Part shown: piece by piece, positions 53,835 to 64,000 of the stretch
How positions within the stretch are numbered: the stretch's first letter is position 1
Layout of the letters: each line of letters starts with the position of its first letter
Assembly: GCF_009914755.1 (NCBI RefSeq)
Contig: NC_060928.1
Direction: 5' to 3' (one strand)
DNA from: the human T2T-CHM13v2.0 reference genome, Homo sapiens
DNA length: 64,000 nt
Program-made: the position numbers and the translations under genes
The notes under the pieces: model-generated
The model's database searches: none
What the model was told of the DNA's origin: nothing
The model's input: the letters and a program-made list of their open reading frames with translations, nothing else

Positions 53835-54432
53835 TACCCCCACATAGCCTCCCCTATTATCTACATCCCCCAACAGAGTGGTACATTTGTTACAATTGAT
53901 GAACCTTCATTGACACATCATTATCACCCAGTCAATAGTTTGCATTAGGATTCATTCTTGGTGCTGTATATTCTGTAGATGCAATAGTCTGAACATTTGT
54001 GTCTTCCTCAGGTTTATATATCAAAACCTAATCTCCAATGTGATGGTATTAACAGGTGGAACTTTCAGAGCTTACTAATTATTGGGATTACTGCTCTAAT
54101 AAAAGAGACTGAAGGGAGCTCATTTGCCCATCTACCACGTGAGAATGCAGTGAGAAGGCACCATCTATGAAGCGTGAAGCAGGAAGCCATCTCTCACCTG
54201 GTACCAGATCTGCTTGTGTTTTGATCTTGGACTTCCCAGCCACTACAACAGATATAAATTTCTGTTGTTTATAAGCCACCCAATTTTAGGTATTTTGTGA
54301 TAGCAGCCCAAATGGACTAGAACAATGGATTAGGACAAATGTATAAGGACACACATACACCATGATAGTATCAAACAGAGTAGTTACACTGCCCTAAACA
54401 TCCTCTGTGCCATACCTCTTCATCCTCCCTTG
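53835..54432 (-). mobile_element. L1MC 3' fragment split by a MaLR LTR
   Basis: CAGAGTGGTACATTTGTTACAATTGATGAACC...GGACAAATGTATAA..ACTGCCCTAAACATCCTCTGTGC. Confidence 0.8.
53980..54324 (+). mobile_element. Solo MLT1A/MSTD-like LTR
   Basis: CCTAATCTCCAATGTGATGGTATT...ATAAATTTCTGTTGTTTATAAGCCACCC...ATAGCAGCCCAAATGGACTAGAACA. Confidence 0.85.
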
Positions 54433-55030
54433 CCTAGTTATTATTATTTTGGGGGAAGACAGGAGGCACATTGTTATGTCTTCAGTGATTAGGGTCTCTA
54501 AAGGACTTCGTCCTGCCCTATATGTGCAATTATGTAAAAATAATAAGGATGTTTCTAACCACTTATTATTAGACATTGACTGCTGGAATACACTCTTCTT
54601 CAGTGCAGCTGGGAGAAGTCTGTCTCTCTCCACTTTTACAGGACAGGCATATGAAGTGAAGGTCTAAGCAAGAATTAGCCTCAGTTGAGCCAGAAAAGTC
54701 ACTGTCTGCCTAATAGACAAGAAACACATACTGTATTCCCAATGATTTCAGATCAGGCTCCCTGGAGAATTTAAAGTGATGACTAGAATTGTTTGAGGGA
54801 ACCGTTACCCAAAGGCAAGGGTAGAAAGAGAAAGATTACGTCATAAGAAGACACTAATTTTAGATGAAGCCAAGTGATCAAAGCAGTAATTCCTATTAAG
54901 AAAATGTTTAGTTTTAAAACAGAAGACAATCTTGAGTGAATTGTTATGTAAATTCTTATGATTTCATACCACAGTGGAACAATCAGAAAACTACAAAATG
55001 AATAGAGTTTTAGAAAATAGAAAACATGGT

Positions 55031-57305
55031 TTTATTAGTCCGTTTTCATGGTGCTGATAAAGACATACCTGAGACTGGGTAATTTATACAGAAAAAGAGG
55101 TTTAATGGACTCGCAATGTCATGTGGCTGGGGAGGCCTCACAACCATGGCAGAAGGTGAAAGGCACATCTTACATGGTGACAGACAAGAGACAATAAGAA
55201 CCAAATGAAAGGTTTTTCCCCTTATAAAACTATCAGATGTCATGAGATGAATTCACTACTATGAAAACAATATGGGGGAGCCATCCCCATGATTCAATTA
55301 TCTCCCACTGTTTTTCTCCCACAACATGTGAGAATTATGGGAGCTAAAATTCAAGATGAGATTTGGGTGGGGACACAGCCAAACCATATCATTCTGCCCC
55401 TGGCCCCTCCCAAATCTCATGTCCTCACATTTCAAAACCAATCATGCCATCCTAACAGTCCCCCAAAATCTTAATTTCAGCATTAACTCAAAAGTCCAGT
55501 CTCATCTGAGACAAGGCAAGTCCCTTCTGCCTATGAGCCTGTAAAATTAAAAACAAATTAGTTACTTCCAAGATACAATGGGGGTACAAGCACTGGGTAA
55601 ATACAGCCATTCCAAATGGGACAAATTGGCCAAAACAAAGAGGCTACAGGCCCCATGAATGTCAGAAATCCAGGGGGGCAGTCAAATATTAAAGCTTCAA
55701 AATGATCTCCTTTGACTTCATGTCTCACATCCAGGTTACACTGATGCAACAGGTGGGTCTCCATGGTCTTGGAAGCTCTGCCTCTGTGGCTTTGCAAAGT
55801 ATAGCCTCCCTGCTAGCTTCTTTCACAGGCTGGTGTTGACTGTCTGCAGCTTTTCCAGGTGCATATGCAATCAGTTGGTGGATCTACCATTTTCTGGGGT
55901 CTAGGGGATGATGGCCTTCTTATCACAGCTTCACTAGGCAGTACTCCAGTAGGGGCTCTCTGTGGAGGCTTCAACACCACATTTCCCTTTCACATTGCCC
56001 TAGCAGAGATTCTCCATGAGGACCCTGCCCCTGCAGCAAACTTCTGATTGGACATCCAGGCATTTCCATACATCCTCTGAAATCTAGGCAGAGGTTCCCA
56101 AACTTTAATTCTTGACTTTTGTGCACCTGCAGGCTCAACATTATGTGGAAGCTGCCAAGGCTTGGGGCTTGCATCCTCTGAAGCCACAGCCTCAGCTGTA
56201 CCTTGGCCCCTTTTAGCCATGGCTAGAGTGGCTGGAATGCAGGGCACCAAGTCCCTAGGCTGCACACAGCAGTGGGGCCCTGGGCCCCAGCTATGAAACC
56301 ATTTTTTTCCTCCTAGGCTTCCAGGCCTGTGATGGGAGGGGCTGCCATTAAGACTTCTGACATGTCCTGGAGACATTTTCCCCGTTGTCTTGGCAAATTA
56401 ACATTTGGCTCCTCGTTACTTATACAAATGTCTGCAGCAGGCTTAAGTTTCTCCTCTGCAAATGAATTTTTATTTTCTGTTGCGTGGGTGGTTGGGCTGC
56501 AAGTTTTCTAAACTGTTATGGTCTGTTTCCCTTTTAAAACCGAACGCTTTTTAACAGAACCCAAGTCACCCTTCAATGCTTTGCTGCTTAGAAATTTCTT
56601 CCACCAGATACCCTACATCATCTCTCTCAAGTTCAAAGTTTCACAAATCTCTAGGGCAGAGGCAAAATGCCACCAATTTCTTTGCTAAAACATAGAAAGA
56701 GTCACCTTTACTCCAGTTCCCAACAAGTTTCTCATCTCCATCTGAGACCACCTCGCCCTGGATTTCATTGTCTGTATTATTATCAGCATTTCATTTAAAG
56801 CCATTCAAAAAGTCTCTGGGAAGTTCCAAACTTTTCCACATTTTTCTGTCTTCTTCTCACCCTCCAAACTGTTCCAATCTCTGCCTGTTACAGTTCCGAA
56901 GCTGTTTGCACATTTTCTGGTATAATTACAAGAGTGCCCCCACTCTACTGGTGCCAATTTACTGTATTAGTCCATTTTCACACTGCTGATAAAGACATAC
57001 CGGAGCCTGGGTAATTCATAAAGAAGAAGAGGTTTAGTGGACTCACAGTTTCACATTGCTGGTGAGGCCTCACAATCATGCAGAAGGTGAAAGGCAGGTC
57101 TTACATGGCAGACAAGGGAGAATAAGAACCAAGCAAAATGGGTTTCCTCTTACAAAACCATCAGATCTCGTGAGACTTATTCACTACCATGAGATTGCTC
57201 CCATGATTCAATTATCTCCCACTGGGTCCCTCCCACAACACCTGGGAGTTATGGGAGCTACAATTCAGGATGAGATTTGGGTGGGGACACAGCCAAACCG
57301 TATCA
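55031..57305 (-). mobile_element. Complete THE1 (THE1B-like): LTR 55031-55391, internal 55392-56962, LTR 56963-57305
   Basis: Paired LTRs and a TSD ATGGT (55026-55030) / ATGAT (57306-57310). Confidence 0.95.
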
Positions 57306-57319
57306 ATGATGTTTAAATT

Positions 57320-57880
57320 TAAAATTTCAATAAAGAAACTCAAAACTGCTGTAACTAAATTATTTCTCTGGAAGAGCAAATGGAAGTCAGTGCAAAAATA
57401 ATAGAAAACACAGAAGAAAAGATGAGACATGGCAATGATCCAGGCCTTCCTAAAAAGAGAGAAGGAGAGTTGAGCAAGAAGAAATGATCAAACAATAGAA
57501 GAAACCATGAATAACAGAAAGATTTAAAGTCTTAAGAAGGAAAGGCTCACTGAGTTCAAAATAGGATTAATTTAGAAATATATACCTAGGGAATTTTCTG
57601 AATGACAGAGGTAGAAAAAACTTTGTAAGCCTACAGATGGAAGAGAATGAAAACAGCGTCAAGCTTCTTATGTAGGCTAAGGAAACAAATTTTTAGAGAA
57701 AAGAAGTTTGATCCAAGAATTATATTCCCAGCCATTTTCAATTCTTATATAAGACAAAAGGCAGAGATTTAGGGACATGCCAGAAAGCTAAAATTACATC
57801 CCTTTAATTTAAGTAATTGAGAGAGTTGAGCACAGGGGAAATTATATCAGAACAAACATTTATGTAAAACAGAATAAGAA
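57320..57880 (+). mobile_element. Decayed L1M/HAL1 ORF1-like fragment
   Basis: A-rich, with motifs such as GATCCAAGAATTATATTCCCAGCCA. Confidence 0.5.
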
Positions 57881-59559
57881 GTAGAGACAAATCCCATGAG
57901 ACTGCTCTCACTGCTTTTGAGGAGCCCCTACTCCCACCCCTTCATGCTTTGCTTCTTGTTGGTGGGCTAGGTGATTTGTATTTTTCTTTTAGTATAAACA
58001 TGACTGTTTTCTGTTTTTTTGTTTGCTTGTGAAGCCTTTATGTCAACTTTCTTAGAACATCCCTGATGGTTGCTGGAATAGCAGGTTCCTTCTGTGGTGG
58101 TCCATAATGCTTCCAGCATATTGGTAGACTGCTGGAATGATGTGATAGGTAAGAAGTGTCATTCTGTTCAGTACTCTGGGATATTTCCTTTTTGGAGTAT
58201 CCATCCATATATTTCTATTTTCCATTTCTGATTATTTCTCAATCTCCAGTGCTCTGGTTTCCCTTTCGGTTGCAGAGAACATATGTCCACTATAAATCAA
58301 ACAGTTTAATACAGCATTAAGTATAGGCTTCATCTTAGGCACTATGGTGGGTGGATATCTTACTTAATTACAAGGAAAATCTTATACCTTATAAGAGTCT
58401 GTTCTGTTTCAATATTTCCACAGAATTATGTAAAACTCAAGCGTCTAGACAATGGCCTGCAACTGGGTAAGAACCAGACACTCCCAGATAAGAAGGAATA
58501 TAAAATACAGGGTGTGGCCATAATCCCCAGGGCACCACATAATTAGAGGACTGCTCACCTTCTCTGGATTGATGTTCTGTTAGTGTTGAAGGACATTAAG
58601 AACCTGATGTTCTCTGAAATTTAAGACAAAATTTAATGCACTTACTGTACTATAGTAATTTCGACTTTGCCATCAATGACTACTTTGGGGTGAAGCTGAA
58701 GGCCATGGGCACTATAGCAGTGCCCTAGGGGCCACTTGTAAACCTATACAAGCACAACTCTCATGTGATCCCTTGCACTCCAAGACTTCATTGTGTAATG
58801 CTGCTGGTCCCTTGGTAGTGCTCACTAAGTCATTTTCTCTTCTATTTTCTAACCTTTCCCCATTCCATTATCATGGACCTCCAGCTGACTGTGTGTGAGG
58901 CCTAGGTCAGTGACACACCCATGGCCATGTGGCAGTTTGATATGGTAGGGGATGCACCTACACCTCTTCTTCTCAGGCATTGTCTAGGAGTTCAGCTTCT
59001 GGAGTCCATACAGTTTTGGCAGCTACATTAGCTTTACTGGCTATTTTTAAAATGACATGAAATGAATGTTGTTATGTGAGGAAAAGATTGTTGAAAGGAA
59101 AAGTGATTAGAATGAATTATAACACAAAGAAACAAACTCCAAGACATGTGAATTCAACCTCAAATGCTATAATGGGAAGGATAGTGGATTGGCATTCATG
59201 CTAACAAGTTTTGCTTTGGAAACGTTTGGTGGAGTACATGAAAAGAGAAAATTATTTCCTGGTGGGCATGCTGTATTGTTAGGTCACCAGCCAAGCCTTC
59301 AGCTGTGTGTATTTATAATGTGGGTGTTCAGCAATTAGCTCAGGAATGTTGGGCAGTAATTGTTGAGACAAACTTGGCCAAAAGGAAAGGTATTAATCAT
59401 TTACAGAAAAAAGTTTTATTTTTCCATCTGGGTCAGTGGGGTTAAAATTTTTAAGGGAAGAAAGATACCAGCTACCAGAATATGAAAAAGAAGGTGGAAT
59501 AACAAATGTGATATGTGGAAGAATGGAAGAGACCAAAAAGGTTTCCTTACTAAGGGGAA

Positions 59560-60255
59560 ACAAAGTTGCATATTGGTAAAATGTTGGTCAGCTAGGGGAA
59601 GAGAAGAATTAGCAATGAATGACAAATTATGCAAAATGAATCTAAAAAAAGAATTATAATTCACCAATAGAATACGAAAAGCTTCTCAGTTACACATATG
59701 ATTAGGAAGATGCAAATAAAGCCACAATAAAATGTTAGTTTGAAACTACCAGGTTAGCAGCAATTATTTTTACATTTTATTATATTTAGTGTTAATAAAG
59801 GTGTGGAGAAACAAATATAGCTATACACAATTGGTGGAACATTAAGTTAATCCAATTTTTGGAGAGAAATCTGGCAATATCTATTAAAATTAAATTTTAT
59901 ATCCTTTGATAAACAATTTCACCTTCAGAAATGTAACCTTAATACAAAATGAATTTGCATGAATTTAAATTTGCGTTGTCTGTAAGTACAAAAAAATTGG
60001 AACAATTTAAATGTCTGTTAGAAAAGTTGATATTCTAATGATGTCAATTCTAACCAAAGTAAAAGATGGGAATTGAGATAGGATGTTATTCATGTAATAA
60101 TTGATGGAAAGACTAATAGAACTAAATAGAGAGTCCAGAAAACCTATGTTTACGTGAAAATATAATTTATTTAGAAAAATTTCATGTAGGTGAGAAAAGT
60201 GTGAGGTATTCAATTAGTGGTAGAAAGACCATTGATTGTCAACTTGAAATAAAAT
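59560..60255 (+). mobile_element. Decayed L1ME-like ORF2 3' fragments
   Basis: ATTAGGAAGATGCAAATAAAGCCACAAT; TTTGGAGAGAAATCTGGCAATATCTATTAAAATT. Confidence 0.55.
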
Positions 60256-60265
60256 AGATAAAGTT

Positions 60266-60433
60266 ACTACATTTCATTGATTCTAACACTACTTCTTTTC
60301 ATATTTAACATTTCTGAAATTTCTTACAGTTGGTGGAGAGTCATAGTTTAATTGGAAGCATTTTCTTTTCTTTCTTAGAAGTATATAAATTAAAATAATA
60401 CTCTTAGAGTCCTATATTTAATAACATATGGTA
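60266..60433 (+). mobile_element. MER104-like TcMar MITE
   Basis: CATTTCATTGATTCTAA...GTCATAGTTTAATTGG..ATATGGTA, about 170 bp with degenerate inverted ends. Confidence 0.6.
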
Positions 60434-60884
60434 GATCCCTACTTAACACAATAGAGGAAAATTAATTACACACACACACACACTCGTACATGCATAACAG
60501 ATGTAAGCAAAGGTGAAAACACAGTAATTTTTATTTATAACTGAGAAGTTTGGATCTAGGCCGCAATTCTAATAGAAATTACAAAGGCTTTACCTGGCCA
60601 TGGTAATGGGTAGAAAGCTGCCCTGCACAGTTCAAGCTTGGTGTATAATTAGTGCATTGCTGTCTCTGGAGGGAGTTGCATTGGAGGACTCAGCCTCCCA
60701 GCACCTCCCCTACCCCAGTGATCATGCTCATAGGTATTCCTGCATTCCAAGCTTAAGTGCCTCCATTCAGAGGCCTTCTTATTGGAAGATGAGGGAGGAT
60801 GTCTGTTCAGACCCTTTTCAGGTGCCTCCACTGACTATTTTTTGGAAGGGGGATGAGTGTCCTTGAATGAGTGTCCTCCTAAAC

Positions 60885-61066
60885 TAAAAACCTGTACTGC
60901 ACATTATTGTACTGAATACTGCAGGCAGTTGTAACACAACGCTAAGTATGTGTGTATCTAAACATAGAAAAGGGGTAGTAAAAATACAATATTATAATCT
61001 TATGAGACCACTGTAGTGTACATGGGCTATCATTGATAGAACTGTCATTCTGTAGCACACAACTGG
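60885..61066 (+). mobile_element. Tigger3a-like DNA transposon, 3' part
   Basis: TGTACTGAATACTGCAGGCAGTTGTAACACAA...CTAAACATAGAAAAGG...ATTATAATCTTATGAGACCAC. Confidence 0.8.
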
Positions 61067-61371
61067 ATATCTCAAATACAGTCAATAATTTAATTTTCTC
61101 ATTTTTCTCAGAATTCCTGCTTTAATACTGCCATAAGCACTTGCTTTGTCTGATCAAGAATTAGTTTAGCAGGGTATACCTTGTGAGCAGGTTGGGGTGG
61201 TTCATCTGAGTGTGCTAAGAGAGTCCGTCCAGCATTCTGTTCAGGGATACTCTAGTAGCTGTGAAATTAAAAATGTTTGCTCAGTTGCTGCTAGGAGGGT
61301 CGACCTCCTCCCAGACTTCTGAGTCATGAGCCCTCTTGTGGGACGCAGCAAGTAGGGGCTGCGTCCAATGA

Positions 61372-61389
61372 TGCTGCCATCTGCTGGCG
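61372..61389 (-). promoter_or_regulatory. Candidate CTCF binding site
   Basis: The minus strand reads CGCCAGCAGATGGCAGCA, matching the CTCF core, in GC-richer sequence I do not recognise as a repeat. Confidence 0.6.
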
Positions 61390-62733
61390 TTGACTGCCCC
61401 ATTTTCTCTGGCATGGAAGCTTCAGACATGTTTCGGAGCCCTGTGATCTTCAAGGACTAAATAGGGTTCACTCAAAATGCAAGTTGGGCTGACTCTGAGC
61501 AGAATAGGGAGAGAAAGGAACTGTCAGATTGTGCTTGGCCAGCTATTTCTCAAGGATGTTAGAAAAAATACTTTCAATATAATTTTTGGAAGATAACATC
61601 ATTCATTTGCATAAAACAAGATGAACAAGACTAATTTCTAATTTGACAATTTGCTGTCCACAGAATTTTTCATTACTTGAATTATTTTATTTATTAAAAA
61701 AAAATCTCATCTCAAGAACTAGAGCTAGAATGGCACATAAAGAGGTAGCCTGGAGTGACTTTTACAAGAGTAAATGTTTTTCCAGTACTATGTTTGATTA
61801 ATTACATTAGTCTAATAAGTTCAATTTCCTATCTACTGACTTTGATGTTCAGAATTATACTGAAGTTATCTGTTCAAAGACTGGTGATTAGCACAAGAAA
61901 TTGACTTTATAATGGTTCAAATCTTTTGAAGGGCTAAATTGTGAGTTTCCCTAGAGGTATAGATTAACTACAGAATTGTTATTCTGAAATGCCAATTACT
62001 TTTCCACAAAAAATTATCAAAATGAACACATACATGATCTCTGTCTATCCCATCTATGCCTGCTTTCTCTTTGACTTACTCAGGTTCCTAATGGAGAAGA
62101 AAATGCAGCCATCAACATTGGCTTCTTTCTGGCTTGGTCCAAGCACATAATTTGTCCACATTGGACTCTCCACAGTTTATGAGTTCCAAGTCAGTGCTCA
62201 ACACCCCTTGCCTCTCAATTTTCAGTTGAACTGAATGAAATGAAAAATAACTTCTCATAAAAAGGATGGGGATTGACTGAGGACTCTCTCAGATATTTTG
62301 ACAAAAATTCATTCCTCAAATAGAGAACTACAGTATTCAAATTTTTTATTCAGTATAATTGAGTAACCCAAATGGTGGAAAAATAGTCACAGAGAAGATA
62401 ATAAGGGTAATTATCTTATTACAGAGAAAACATATACTATGTAAAATTAAATTATCTTTAAAATATCTGGAGAATATATATAATACAAACTTTGTTAAAA
62501 AGAAGGAAACACTTATTATTCATCCCCCACACTCAGAGAGACGTACAGAAAATCATACTCAATTCTTTCCTTGGGAGGATCACTTCTGGTTCCTATGTCT
62601 TCTCTTATTATTGCCTTATTCTCATAAAAACACAGATATTCTTTTTTATTTGGTGATTTTGGAGAAAATCACATTCTTCTAGCATAGCCCCAAATCATGG
62701 CTCTGCTTTTTCTCTGATGTTCAGATTACTGAT

Positions 62734-64000
62734 CAATATGGTTTTACTGTACCCCACCCAAATCTCATCATGAATTGTGACTCCCACAATTCCTATGTGT
62801 CATGGGAGGAATCCCATGGGAGACAATTGAACTATGGGAGCAGGTCTTTCCTGTGCTGTTCTCATGATAGTGTATGAGTCTCAGAAGATCTGAGGGTTTT
62901 AAAAATGGGGGTTTCCTTTCACAAGCTCTTTTTTTTTGCCTGCCACCATCCATGTAAGATGTGACTTGCTTCTCCTTGCTTTCCACGATGACTGTGAGGC
63001 CTCCCCAACTGTGTGGAACTGTAAATCCATTAAACCTTTTTCTTTTGTAAATTTTCCAGTCTCAGGTGTACCTTTATCAGCAACATGAAAACACACTACT
63101 ACAGAAAATTGATACAAGGAGTGGGGTGCTGCTGAAAAGATATCTGAAAATGTGGAAGCGACTTTGGAACTGGGTAACAGGCAGAGGCTGGAACAGTTTG
63201 GAGGGCTCAGAAGAAGACAGAAAAATGTGGGAAAGCTTAGAACTTCTTAAAGACTTGTTGAATGGCTTTGACCAAAATGCTGATAATAAAGTGGACAATA
63301 AAATCTAGGCTGAGGTGGTGTCAGATGGAGATGAGAAACTTGTTGGGAACTGGAGTAAAGGTGACTCTTTCTATGTTTTAGCAAAGAAACGTGTCATTTT
63401 GCCCCGGCCATAGAGATTTGTGGAACTTTGAACTTGAGAGAGATGATTTAGGGTATCTGGTGGAAGAAATTTCTAACCAGAAAAGCATTGAAGAAGTGAT
63501 TTGGATGCTGTTAAAGGCACTCGGTTTTAAAAGGGAAACAGAGCATAAAGTTCAGATAATTTGCAGCCTGACAAAGTGATAGAAAAGAAAATCCCATTTT
63601 CTGAGGAGAAATTCAAGCCTGCTGCAGAAATTTGCATAAGTAAGAGGAGCCAAATGTAATTTGCCAAGACAATGGGGAAAATGTTTCCAGGGCATGTCAG
63701 AGGTCTTTAAGGCAGCTCCTCCCTTCATAGCCCCAGAGGTCTAGGAAGAAAAGATGGTTTTGTGGCCAAGGCCCAGGGCCCTCCTGCTGTGTGTAGCCTA
63801 GGGACTTGGTGCTTGCATTCCAGCTGCTCTAGCCATGGCTAAAAGGGACCAAGGGACAGCTTGGGCTGTTGCTTCAGAGGGTGCAAACCCAAGCCTTGGA
63901 AGCTTCTATGTGGTGTTTAGCCTGTTGGTGCATGAATGAGGTATGGGAACCTCCACCTAGATTTCAGAAGTTGTATGGAAACACCTGGATGTCCAGGCAG
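62734..64000 (+). mobile_element. THE1 (THE1B-like): 5' LTR 62734-63103 and internal region running off the window
   Basis: CCCCACCCAAATCTCATC...ACTACTACA, followed by THE1-internal sequence (RDLWNFELERDDLGYL). Confidence 0.94.

Noticed and set aside
58701-58735. Hairpin GGGCACT-ATAGC-AGTGCCC as an ncRNA
   Set aside because: A 7-bp stem is expected by chance in 64 kb, and there are no other RNA-gene features.

Overview
This is primate (human or ape-like) non-coding genomic DNA, AT-rich and dominated by interspersed repeats. I could not support any host protein-coding exon, RNA gene or CRISPR array. The long ORFs in the track are L1 ORF2, ERVL RT, THE1-internal, LTR12 or Alu open frames. The window holds old L1M relics, two L1PB-type elements, two near-identical young L1PA (L1PA2/3-like) 3' fragments and about nine Alu/FLAM copies. 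It also holds four THE1 MaLR elements (two complete with TSDs), solo MST/MLT LTRs and small DNA transposon relics. A nested ERV stack sits at 25.7-35.4 kb: ERVL, then a MER61-type provirus, then a solo LTR12, an Alu and an L1PA. I found no new biological system. The observations most worth checking are: twin L1s 18,583 bp apart that share non-consensus variants; an apparent deletion-inversion-deletion scar at 12.5-14.3 kb; a 624-bp orphan insert with 8-bp flanking repeats; a tailless Alu with a TSD; a re-used L1 endonuclease site; and a candidate CTCF/AP-1 element near 61.3 kb. Subfamily names come from my recall of consensus sequences and need RepeatMasker/Dfam confirmation. Boundaries without a TSD are approximate.
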